From a virus (taxonomy: Duplodnaviria; Caudoviricetes), in the IMG/VR virus record IMGVR_UViG_3300049143_000121, positions 1 through 33,328 of that record: DNA of 33,328 nucleotides; one strand, 5' to 3'. The first letter of the stretch is position 1. Every line of letters starts with the position of its first letter. Positions 25,512-33,328 of the stretch are shown piece after piece. Under the pieces are notes generated by a model. It was given only the letters and a program-made list of their open reading frames with translations. It had not been told where the DNA came from and did no database searches. The position numbers and the translations under genes are program-made.

Positions 25512-27206
25512 GTGGCGCTGCCCGCCAACATCACGACGGTGACGGTCTTCGGCCGGTACATCGACTTCACCGGCGCCCCCATGCAGGGCACCGTGACGTT
25601 CACCCCGAGCCAGAAGTACGTGACCAACCCGGGCGCGGACGTCCTGATCTTCTCGGCCCCGCTCGTGGCGACACTGGACGAGACCGGGGCGTTCTCGATC
25701 GAAATCCCCGCGACCGACGACCCCGATGTCATCCCGCAGGGCTTCACGTGGACGGTCACCGAGTCGTTCAACAACCGTTCGGGACGGTCGCCGTTCGCCA
25801 TCGCGGTCCCCGAGAGCACGCCGGCCCCGGGCATCGACCTGGTAACCGTGGCCCCGGTGCTCCCGGCGGACGAGGTCGAGTACATCGTCACGTCGCTCGA
25901 CGGCATGACCGGAGCGGTCTCGCTGGAGGGCAAGTACGCCCCGCTGGGCGAGGACGGCAAGATCCCGGTCGAGAACATCCCCTCGATCTCCAGCGGAGTC
26001 ACCTCGGTCAACGGGGCCTCCGGTGTAGTCTCCCTGGGCGCTGCCGACGTGGGGGCGCTGCCCATCACGGGCGGCACGATGCAGGGCCCCCTGAACCTGC
26101 ACGAGGACCCGACCGACCCGAGCCAAGCGGCCACCAAGGCGTACGTGGACACGGCTGTCGAAGGCACCGGTGCATCGGTCACCTCTGTCAACGGCGAGGA
26201 GGGCGCGGTCGTCCTGAGCGCCTCGGATATCGGAGCGCTGGGGACCACGCAGAACCTTTCGGACCTGACCGATCCGGCCTCTGCACGGGCCCACCTCGGC
26301 CTGACTGCGGTCGCCACAGCGTCCTTCGGCACAGGGCCGGGAAACGTCGCGGCCGGGGACGACTCGCGGATCACTGGCGCTCTCCAGTCCTCCGACAACC
26401 TCTCCGATCTCACGGATCCCTCCAGCGCCAGGACGAACCTGGGCTTGGGGCCGGCTGCCACTCTGGACCTGGGCACCACGGCCGGAACGGTGGCGGCAGG
26501 CGACGATCCGCGGTTCGCCGGGGCCCTCCAGAAGACCGCCAATCTGTCGGATCTGACGAACGCGGCCACCGCGCGCACGAGCCTGGGACTGGGTACGAGC
26601 GCAACGAGGGACGTCGGTACGGCTTCCGGGGACGTGGCGGCGGGTGACGCGCCGACTGCTGCTGTGACGGCCCATACGGCCGCCTCAGACCCTCATGGTG
26701 ACCGCGCATACGCCGACGGGAGATTCCTCCAGCTCACGGGCGGGACGGTCTCGGGCAGCGTCGCCGTCAACGGCAACCTGACGGTCGGCGGCGTCGGTCA
26801 GATCCAGTTCGTCCGCAAGACCGCTGACGAGTCGGTCGTCTCCTCCACGACGTTGCAGAACGACGACCATCTGAAGCTGCCGATGGTGGCGAACGCGGTC
26901 TACACCCTGTTCCTGATGTGCATCTTCTCGGGCGGAACCACGGGAGACATCAAGTTCGACTGGACCGTCCCTTCCGGGACCGTGCTGCGGTGGTCCGACC
27001 AGACGGGCGTCTCCGGCCTGCACTCGGACGTGGACGTGTACTCGGCTCCGGGCGGCACCACCCAGGTCGCCTTCCAGATCTGGGCCACGGTGGTGACCTC
27101 CTCCACGGCGGGAAACGTGCAGTTCAGGTGGGCACAGAACGCCTCGGACGCCACCGCGACCATCGTCCGGGCGAACTCGTACCTCCAGCTCACCCGAGTC
27201 GCGTGA
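25512..27206 (+). CDS. Tail fibre protein with internal repeats
   Basis: VTSVNGxxGxVxL repeats, AATKAYVD, and three NLSDLT...ARxxLGL repeats. Confidence 0.78.
   Translation: MALPANITTVTVFGRYIDFTGAPMQGTVTFTPSQKYVTNPGADVLIFSAPLVATLDETGAFSIEIPATDDPDVIPQGFTWTVTESFNNRSGRSPFAIAVPESTPAPGIDLVTVAPVLPADEVEYIVTSLDGMTGAVSLEGKYAPLGEDGKIPVENIPSISSGVTSVNGASGVVSLGAADVGALPITGGTMQGPLNLHEDPTDPSQAATKAYVDTAVEGTGASVTSVNGEEGAVVLSASDIGALGTTQNLSDLTDPASARAHLGLTAVATASFGTGPGNVAAGDDSRITGALQSSDNLSDLTDPSSARTNLGLGPAATLDLGTTAGTVAAGDDPRFAGALQKTANLSDLTNAATARTSLGLGTSATRDVGTASGDVAAGDAPTAAVTAHTAASDPHGDRAYADGRFLQLTGGTVSGSVAVNGNLTVGGVGQIQFVRKTADESVVSSTTLQNDDHLKLPMVANAVYTLFLMCIFSGGTTGDIKFDWTVPSGTVLRWSDQTGVSGLHSDVDVYSAPGGTTQVAFQIWATVVTSSTAGNVQFRWAQNASDATATIVRANSYLQLTRVA
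26253..26650 (+). repeat. Approximately three 144-nt (48-aa) coding repeats
   Basis: NLSDLT begins at 26253, 26397 and 26541. Confidence 0.85.
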
Positions 27207-27267
27207 CCCACAAGCCCCCGGCGTCAGGGAGTTCCTGGGTGTGGTTCGCCCTGAGGCCGGGTCCCTC

Positions 27268-27310
27268 AAATCGATCGCACCTGTAGTACGAGCCTCGCTA
27301 CCGTCCCTCC
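27268..27310 (+). promoter_or_regulatory. Putative leaderless promoter of HEPN gene 1
   Basis: TACCGT (27299-27304), 6 nt, then ATG; no SD sequence; near-copy at 28287-28328. Confidence 0.6.
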
Positions 27311-28234
27311 ATGGACATCGACATGGTCTTCGCCGGCCTGCTTCCGGGAGCGCGAACGTTCGCGCACTCGGCGATGGACGCCCACGCGAACCGCGACGAG
27401 GAGGTCTTTCTCCTGCACGCGGGCGTCAGCATCGAGAGGCTGGCGAAGGCGGTACTGGCTGATCGGAGCCCCTTCTTCCTAATGGAGATGAAGGGGAACG
27501 ACGACGCCCTCTTCCAGTTCGCTGGTCTAGAGCAGGCAACCAAAATCCGCACCATTGGAGCCGCGCAGGCCATCAAGCGGTTGAAGCGCCTCGGCGTCCT
27601 TCCTCAAGCCGCCGATCTTGACCTGGATGAGCTGATCGAGCTGCGGAACGGCGTGGCCCATCTGATACCCACACACGACGGTTCCTTCGACGGTCTCACC
27701 GTGTTTATTAGGACCACGAAGACACTTCTGGAAGCTCTGGGGAATCACGGCGCTAAGTGGTACTGGGGACCTCACTATCGCCTGGTACAGGTGACCTTGA
27801 ACGAGGCAATGGAGAAGGCGAACCGGCGCGTCCGCCAGCTCGTGGAACAGGCACGCTATCGCCTGTCTGAGCGAACCAGAGGTCTGCCTACGGACGCCCT
27901 GGAGGCATACGCGGAGGCCCGCTCAGTACGTACAGCGGCGATCGGGACCAACCACCGATCAGTGCTTCTTCCGCACAAGTGCCCCGCTTGTCGATACCAC
28001 GGAGCGTTGATCACCGGACCGCCTGTAAGGATCCGACAGGGTAAACCCGGTGATGCCATTCCTCAAGCCTTCCTATGCAGCGTATGTGGGCTCCGGCTAG
28101 TCACACCCGAAGATCTTGCAGCGGCACACATGAACCAGCGCGTACCGCTGGTGGACCTGCGCGGAGAGAGAGTTCTGACCCCAGCAGAGGAGTTCCTCTG
28201 GTTCGAGAGCCCTGAGGGAGAGAGCGATGACTGA
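27311..28234 (+). CDS. HEPN-domain protein with C-terminal zinc ribbon (paralog 1)
   Basis: HAGVSIERLAK (ExxxK), LIELRNGVAH (RxxxxH), CPAC...CSVC; atypical codon usage. Confidence 0.72.
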   Translation: MDIDMVFAGLLPGARTFAHSAMDAHANRDEEVFLLHAGVSIERLAKAVLADRSPFFLMEMKGNDDALFQFAGLEQATKIRTIGAAQAIKRLKRLGVLPQAADLDLDELIELRNGVAHLIPTHDGSFDGLTVFIRTTKTLLEALGNHGAKWYWGPHYRLVQVTLNEAMEKANRRVRQLVEQARYRLSERTRGLPTDALEAYAEARSVRTAAIGTNHRSVLLPHKCPACRYHGALITGPPVRIRQGKPGDAIPQAFLCSVCGLRLVTPEDLAAAHMNQRVPLVDLRGERVLTPAEEFLWFESPEGESDD

Positions 28235-28286
28235 CTGCTCCTCGTGAACGCACAACCCCATCTGTCCGGCCAGAAGCATGGTTCCG

Positions 28287-28328
28287 AAATCGATCACATT
28301 TGCAGTACAGGGCGGCTACCGTCCCCTC
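28287..28328 (+). promoter_or_regulatory. Putative leaderless promoter of HEPN gene 2
   Basis: TACCGT (28317-28322), 6 nt, then ATG 28329; shares AAATCGATC, AGTAC and GCTACCGTCCC with the first copy. Confidence 0.6.
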
Positions 28329-29183
28329 ATGGACGATTCCCTCTCGTTCGAGAGCTTCTACGAAGGCGCCAAGAAGGCCGCGCATCGAGCTATGGACGAC
28401 CACGGGCGTGGCGAGTATGACGAGTTCGCCCTCCACGCTGGCGTAGCCGTCGAGCGGCTCGCCAAGGCGGTGCTGGTCTCGAAGAACCCCGTGTATCTGC
28501 TGGACATGAACAAGGGGAACCCTGACCTGTTGCTGTACTTCGGCGGTCACCTAGACATAGATGCGGACAAGATCCGAACCGTGGGCGCCAAGGACGCCAT
28601 CAAGCGGCTACGCAGCCTAGGCGTCCTTCCCCCGAGCCCTCAGCTCGACAAGCTGATCGAACTCCGCAACGGCACCGCCCACACGACCGTGGGCGACGAG
28701 GCCAAATCGCTCCTGCCTCCGCTCGCAGAGACCATCGGGACCCTGCTGAAGGACATCAGCCTGCCGACCGAGCAATTCTGGGGCCGCTGGTCGAGCGCCA
28801 TCCACGTAGCTATCGACAAGCACAGGAATGAGGTTCAGCGAGACGTACAAGTGCGCATCCGGCAGGCGAAAAATCGCTTCGAGGATCGTTTCGGAAACCT
28901 ACCGAGTGACCTCCTTGAGGGAGTACAAGCCCCATTACGAGGTCTTCGCAGTGAATGGTTTTCCGCCGGAATTCACAAAGAGACGGGCAGACCCGGCCCA
29001 CCTATGGGTTGGTTTCCATGTCCCGCATGCGGCAACAAAGCGCTGGCTATGTTGCGCTCGCGAGACGAAGAGGCAGAGGACGAGTTGGACATCTTTTCTT
29101 GCACTCTTTGCGGACTGAACCTTGCCGGAGTCGATGAGTACCAGGCTGCCGGGCTCAGACTGCCGGAATTCCCTTCCCCCTGA
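28329..29183 (+). CDS. HEPN-domain protein with C-terminal zinc ribbon (paralog 2)
   Basis: HAGVAVERLAK, LIELRNGTAH, CPAC...CTLC. Start re-called to ATG 28329 by alignment with paralog 1. Confidence 0.72.
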   Translation: MDDSLSFESFYEGAKKAAHRAMDDHGRGEYDEFALHAGVAVERLAKAVLVSKNPVYLLDMNKGNPDLLLYFGGHLDIDADKIRTVGAKDAIKRLRSLGVLPPSPQLDKLIELRNGTAHTTVGDEAKSLLPPLAETIGTLLKDISLPTEQFWGRWSSAIHVAIDKHRNEVQRDVQVRIRQAKNRFEDRFGNLPSDLLEGVQAPLRGLRSEWFSAGIHKETGRPGPPMGWFPCPACGNKALAMLRSRDEEAEDELDIFSCTLCGLNLAGVDEYQAAGLRLPEFPSP

Positions 29184-29198
29184 TCGATGTATACGTCT

Positions 29199-29229
29199 GC
29201 CCCGGCTCACTGGCCGGGGCTTTCGCATG
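29199..29229 (+). terminator. Terminator-like hairpin after the HEPN pair
   Basis: GCCCCGGC-TCACTG-GCCGGGGC-TTTCGCATG. Confidence 0.6.
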
Positions 29230-29278
29230 CCCCCATCCGCGCCGGATCTTCCTGCGCACACCCACGCAAGGAGGTCCC

Positions 29279-29617
29279 GTGACGCCACAGATGGTCTGGG
29301 TCCTGGCCGCTGTCGAGGAGAGCGGTCCCGATGTCGGCAAGATCCTCGGCCAGTTCGCCCAGTACGGCGTCGTCGGCCTGATCGTCGTACTGCTGATCGT
29401 CGGTGTCCTCGTCCCGAAGTACGTGATGAACGCACTCACGGCCGAGAAGGACAACTGGCGCACGGCGTTCGAGCAGGAGCGCGCGGCCCATCAGGTCACC
29501 CGGGAACAGCTCATCGCCGCCCAGGCCAGCGTCGACACGGCCAACGAGCAGGGCCGGGCCATGGTCCAGCTCCTGGAGAAGCTCGGCCACCGACCCCAGA
29601 CCACCGGGAGCGCCTGA
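29279..29617 (+). CDS. Lysis-cassette membrane protein (1 TM plus coiled coil)
   Basis: QYGVVGLIVVLLIVGVLVPK TM segment followed by a coiled coil; AAGGAGG RBS. Confidence 0.75.
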   Translation: MTPQMVWVLAAVEESGPDVGKILGQFAQYGVVGLIVVLLIVGVLVPKYVMNALTAEKDNWRTAFEQERAAHQVTREQLIAAQASVDTANEQGRAMVQLLEKLGHRPQTTGSA

Positions 29618-29844
29618 TGTGGCCCTTCACCCGCCGACACGCACAGCCGTCTCCCGAGTCAGAGACCGCGAAGAGGGCCGCCGAGAAGTCCCTCCAGGAG
29701 GCCCAGGCGCGCGCGCCTGAGGTCGAGGCGAGGCTCACCGAGAGCCGCCGGGTGAAGGAGCAACTCAGAGCCCACAACAGGGCGAACGCCTACAGCGACT
29801 GGATCGAGGGCATCGTCCTCGGCCGGCTCCACGGCGACGCCTGA
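29617..29844 (+). CDS. Small lysis-cassette protein
   Basis: TGATG overlap; MWPFTRR...RAHNRANAYSDWI, 75 aa. Confidence 0.7.
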   Translation: MWPFTRRHAQPSPESETAKRAAEKSLQEAQARAPEVEARLTESRRVKEQLRAHNRANAYSDWIEGIVLGRLHGDA

Positions 29845-29858
29845 CGCAAGGAGGTCCA

Positions 29859-30179
29859 GTGCTCTACACCCTTACCCTCTACGCCCTGCTGGGCGTGGGC
29901 CTGGCGGCCTCGATCGGCTTCCTTGTCCTCCACCGCCCCCGGCGCTTCTTCCGCACCGTGGAGATCAACGCCTCCTGGTGGGTCATCATCGTCGCCCTCT
30001 GGTACGCGCGGTCTCTGATTCTCGTGGGGATCCGCGGTGCCTCTCCCAGCGGCCCCTGGTGGGACGTCGCCCTCTCCCTCGGCCTCCTGTCGGCCATCGA
30101 CGGCCTCCTCCTGGTCCGGTTCTTCTCGTACCTCCGCTACCGCCGGAACCACCCTGAGGCCCCGCCGACGACTGCCTGA
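29859..30179 (+). CDS. Putative holin (3 TM)
   Basis: Three hydrophobic segments and a basic C-terminal tail; directly before the endolysin. Confidence 0.65.
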   Translation: MLYTLTLYALLGVGLAASIGFLVLHRPRRFFRTVEINASWWVIIVALWYARSLILVGIRGASPSGPWWDVALSLGLLSAIDGLLLVRFFSYLRYRRNHPEAPPTTA

Positions 30180-30195
30180 GCTGTGCCCCCAACCG

Positions 30196-30242
30196 GCCCC
30201 CTCCGGGCAACGCCTCACGGCACCGGAGGGGGCTTCGTCATG
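30196..30242 (+). terminator. Hairpin upstream of the endolysin
   Basis: GCCCCCTCCGG...CCGGAGGGGGC-TTCGTCATG. Confidence 0.5.
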
Positions 30243-30263
30243 CCTACTTTCTGAGGTACGCCC

Positions 30264-31058
30264 ATGAAGCTCGTCACCAGAGCCCAGCTCGGATGGCCCG
30301 CCTCCGCAGCTCCCGCCCAGGCCACCGCCAAGGGCGTGAAGGTCCACTACGAGGGGACGGCCGTCTCCGAGGACCTGCTCACCAACCACGCCCTGTGCAT
30401 CGCCGAGTGGAAGGCCATCCGGAAATCCCACCTGGCCAACAAGGTCGAGAACTACTCGGACGTGGCGTACAACTACGCCGCCTGCCCTCACGGGTACCTG
30501 CTGGAGGGCCGGGGCATCGGCAAGCGCACCGGGGCCAACGGCAACCAGGCCCTGAACCAGGCCCACTACGCGATCGTGGCCCTGCTGGGCTCCTCGGGCC
30601 TGACGAAGCCGACGGAGGTCATGCTGAGCGCCCTCCGGGACGGCATCGAGCTGCTGCGGAAGCACGGCGCCGGAGACGAGGTCTTGGGCCACCGCGACGG
30701 ATACGCCACGCAGTGCCCCGGCGATGCTCTGTACGCGTGGGTACAGAAGGGCGCTCCCCGCCCCGGAGGGACCCAGCCGGCTCAAGGCCAGGCGCACGAG
30801 CCCTACCCGGGCGCCGCCTTCTTCATGAAGGGCTCCCGTCCCGCGATGGGCAAGTCCTCGCCCATCTTCACGGCCATGGGCAAGCGCCTGGTGGCCGTCG
30901 GCTGCGGGAGGTACAAGGTCGGTCCGGGCCCGGTGCTCGGTCAGGCCGACGTGGACTCGTACGAGGCCTGGCAGAGGTCCTGCGGATTCACCGGATCGAG
31001 TGCTAAGTGGCCCCCGGGACCCACTTCGTGGGCCAAGCTCAAGGTTCCGAAGATCTGA
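30264..31058 (+). CDS. Endolysin: N-acetylmuramoyl-L-alanine amidase (Amidase_2/PGRP-like) with C-terminal peptidoglycan-binding domain
   Basis: VKVHY, YSDVAYN, EGRG and GHRDGYATQCPG motifs; C-terminal YEAWQRSCGF...PGPTSW. Confidence 0.9.
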   Translation: MKLVTRAQLGWPASAAPAQATAKGVKVHYEGTAVSEDLLTNHALCIAEWKAIRKSHLANKVENYSDVAYNYAACPHGYLLEGRGIGKRTGANGNQALNQAHYAIVALLGSSGLTKPTEVMLSALRDGIELLRKHGAGDEVLGHRDGYATQCPGDALYAWVQKGAPRPGGTQPAQGQAHEPYPGAAFFMKGSRPAMGKSSPIFTAMGKRLVAVGCGRYKVGPGPVLGQADVDSYEAWQRSCGFTGSSAKWPPGPTSWAKLKVPKI

Positions 31059-31099
31059 CTCTCGTACTCTGCCCGTGGTGTCTCTCTGGCGGGAACGCC

Positions 31100-31138
31100 A
31101 ACGCCCCCGGTCTCCCTCGCGGAGATCGGGGGCGTTTT
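31100..31138. terminator. Strong, probably bidirectional terminator
   Basis: AACGCCCCCGGTCTCC-CTCGC-GGAGATCGGGGGCGTT-TT between convergent genes. Confidence 0.8.
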
Positions 31139-31145
31139 CGTGTGT

Positions 31146-31406
31146 CTAGCTGGGGTTCTGGTTCTTGCTCTCCAACCACTCCGTGTAGTTGTACGAGGCG
31201 CTGCTGCCCTGCTTGCCAGGGGAGATCTTCATGATCGCCTGGTTCTTCTCGGGGTTACCGCTGAGGTACGCCTCGGTGAGGACGTAGGGCAGGCCGTCCA
31301 CCCGGAATCGGATACTTCCGTCGGGGTAGGCACTGACGCGAACCCTCCGGCCGTCGGGCAGGGTCACGGTCTCGGCGAAATGCGCCTTGATGGGCTGATC
31401 AGCCAT
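31146..31406 (-). CDS. Small hypothetical protein
   Basis: GGAGG RBS (31412-31416), 86 aa, beta-rich. Confidence 0.75.
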   Translation of the reverse strand: MADQPIKAHFAETVTLPDGRRVRVSAYPDGSIRFRVDGLPYVLTEAYLSGNPEKNQAIMKISPGKQGSSASYNYTEWLESKNQNPS

Positions 31407-31541
31407 ACAGACCTCCAGGTCTTACAGGCTCGACAGGAGCGGTCAGCGTATCGTCAGGCCCAGTTGTCCGGAAGGCAGTTGTCAGTCATCCAGGTCGATG
31501 ACGAAGTCCGCCGCGGTGGTGTCGCTCAGACACCGTTTCCA

Positions 31542-32081
31542 CTACTTCAGCGGCAGCTCGGCCAGCATGACCGCATACACCGGGGAGTCCGGGAACGGCT
31601 GGCGTTCACCGACCTTCCGGAAGCCCCAGGACTCGTACAACTCCTGGACCTTGGGGTGCTCCGTGTCGACGAGCAGGACCGCGAGGTCCTCGTCCCTCCC
31701 GCCCAGCAGAGCTCGGCTTACCAGCTCGGCCACGCCCATCTTCCGATACTTCGTCCGCACTGCCAGCTCCGAATAGGAGAAGGTCCGGGACTTTTCGGGG
31801 GCAGGTTTCACGTGTTCGCGCCACCACTCGCGCTCCGGGGCCGCCGGCGCTCCGTACGCGAAGGCCGCCGCCTCGTCGCCATCCCAGGCGATTACGCAGT
31901 CGAAGTCCGCGTTGCCGCCCCAGTGGTCGACGAACCAGGGGAAGCGCTGGTTGAACTCGTCATCCATCGCATCCGCATAGGCGTCCGCATGGATGTCGAT
32001 CAGCGTCTGGCGGATCTGCGGCAGGTCGCCATGCGTGTAGCGGCGGACGACCAGATCAGCAGCACTCAAGATCGGCTCCAT
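31542..32081 (-). CDS. GNAT family N-acetyltransferase
   Basis: ELAVRTKYRKMGVA acetyl-CoA motif A and LYESWGFRKVG motif B; probable ATG 32081 overlaps the upstream stop. Confidence 0.85.
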   Translation of the reverse strand: MEPILSAADLVVRRYTHGDLPQIRQTLIDIHADAYADAMDDEFNQRFPWFVDHWGGNADFDCVIAWDGDEAAAFAYGAPAAPEREWWREHVKPAPEKSRTFSYSELAVRTKYRKMGVAELVSRALLGGRDEDLAVLLVDTEHPKVQELYESWGFRKVGERQPFPDSPVYAVMLAELPLK

Positions 32082-33328
32082 TCGGATCGGAAGCGGTCTC
32101 CCCACTCTCGTGCGGTCCCGGCGTCCGGCGCAAGGGTGATCAAGTCCCGGTAGAAGTCACCGAGCAGGGAGCGCATCCGGCCCGGGAGGGGGTGCCCCTC
32201 CATCAGGTCGAACACCGTGGACGCGGTGGCACACGCCTGATCGATGTCCCGCTGGTGGAGCTGGGCCAGGGAGAGCCGTCCCGTGGCCAGAGCGCGATTC
32301 CGGCGGAACTGCTTGGGGATGCTGGCCAGAGCCCGGTGGGAGGCGGCCTCAGCCCGGACCGGGTCTCCGATCCTGTCCCGGACGATCGCGGTAATGGCGG
32401 TCAGCTCAGCGCTCCCGTAGAAGGCCACCCAGCTCGGCCGGGGCTCCTCGAAGGACACCTTCTCCAGAGCTTCGCTCGCGTACCCCAGGGACCGCAGGGC
32501 CGCCGCCCGGTCACCGAGATTCGAATGACCCACAGCCGTTCTGGCGTGCGCGAGCGAGGCGAACAGCGGGTCCCTCCGGGTGATGGCCGTGGCCTGGGCC
32601 GCGTAGCCGGCGTCCACAGCCTGTGTGTGCTGGCCCCGCTGGTGGGCGAGCATCGCGTACGAGTTCCAGACCCTGAGCTCCACCACGGGGTCCTTGGCCA
32701 TCCCCGCCAGGTACAACGATCGGTCGAGGTACCCCTGAGCCCGGTCGAGCTGGCGGGCATCCAGAGCAGACCAGGCGGCGGTCGCGGTGTAATCGGCGGC
32801 CAGCGAGAAGAGCCGTTGCCGGATCCTCTGGGAGGCGGCCAGCTTGAGCTTGTCCAGGGCCTCCTCAGCTCCCGCCAAGGCGGCCCGCTCCAGGCCCTCG
32901 TGGCCTCCTCGGTTGTCATCCAGGGCCATCAGGGCGTCCAGGTCAGATCGAAGCCGGATCACGTCGGAGGTCCCGACGCGGGTGGGCCGCGAGTCCTGTG
33001 GAACTACAACGGCAGCGGCCGTGCCAGTGGTGGCGGTGAGGAAGTTCCTACGCCTCACGGGAGCCTCCGCTTGGATGGTGGGGCAACTTGCCGCTGGCGG
33101 GCAGAAGCCCAGCTCCTCGGCCGTACATCCGAATACTGTTTCTAAGGCTTCCCGCTGGCGGGGGTGGGGCCAGCGGGTTTTTCCGGTCAGCCAATTCCGG
33201 ACGGTGCGGTCACTCACCGTTCCGTCGTATCCGCGAGAGCGCAGGAAGGCGTTGACGGCCTCGGCTAACTCGGCCTGCTTGAAGCCAGCTTCCCGCATGA
33301 GGCTGATGAGGCTCGCGTTCCCCTCCAC
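32066..33328 (-). CDS. XRE-family HTH regulator with C-terminal TPR-like helical domain
   Basis: LMREAGFKQAELAEAVN...VSDRTVRNWLTG...P HTH; internal RRRNFL linker; helical repeats. Common Streptomyces architecture. Confidence 0.85.
   Translation of the reverse strand: MEGNASLISLMREAGFKQAELAEAVNAFLRSRGYDGTVSDRTVRNWLTGKTRWPHPRQREALETVFGCTAEELGFCPPAASCPTIQAEAPVRRRNFLTATTGTAAAVVVPQDSRPTRVGTSDVIRLRSDLDALMALDDNRGGHEGLERAALAGAEEALDKLKLAASQRIRQRLFSLAADYTATAAWSALDARQLDRAQGYLDRSLYLAGMAKDPVVELRVWNSYAMLAHQRGQHTQAVDAGYAAQATAITRRDPLFASLAHARTAVGHSNLGDRAAALRSLGYASEALEKVSFEEPRPSWVAFYGSAELTAITAIVRDRIGDPVRAEAASHRALASIPKQFRRNRALATGRLSLAQLHQRDIDQACATASTVFDLMEGHPLPGRMRSLLGDFYRDLITLAPDAGTAREWGDRFRSEWSRS

Larger units (their letters stand above)
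1727..31058 (+). mobile_element. Siphovirus-type prophage or phage-like element (boundaries not determined)
   Basis: Ordered antirepressor, terS, terL, portal, scaffold, capsid, neck, tail and lysis genes; no att sites identified. Confidence 0.92.

Noticed and set aside
24186-27206. Diversity-generating retroelement or invertible tail-fibre system
   Set aside because: No reverse transcriptase, invertase, or adenine-specific template/variable repeat pair seen; the repeats are ordinary protein repeats.
33000-33060. Twin-arginine (Tat) signal RRRNFL
   Set aside because: It is internal, after the HTH domain, and is a common false positive in this regulator family.

Overview
High-GC actinobacterial DNA, most likely Streptomyces (codon usage, gene content). 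Nearly the whole window is a temperate siphovirus-type (pro)phage. It opens with a divergent, possibly replication-related wHTH gene and an AT-richer palindromic control region (1-1.7 kb). Next come an antirepressor and early/regulatory genes with several moron-like inserts (1.7-7.2 kb), then a complete packaging, head, neck and tail cluster with a -1 frameshifted tail chaperone and an enzymatic tape measure (7.3-27.2 kb). The lysis cassette lies at 29.3-31.1 kb, followed by a convergent XRE-TPR/GNAT/small-protein unit (31.1-33.3 kb). I could not recognise an integrase, CI repressor, DNA polymerase, helicase, tRNA or CRISPR array. The most striking accessory element is a tandem pair of paralogous HEPN (RxxxxH) plus zinc-ribbon genes between the tail fibres and the lysis genes. 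Each has a copy of the same leaderless-type promoter, so the pair is a candidate anti-phage RNase system. Other candidates are a defence-type HNH nuclease, a 33-aa membrane peptide cassette resembling a type I toxin locus, and a plasmid Spd-like membrane gene. All functional calls come from motif recognition and synteny; no database searches were run.
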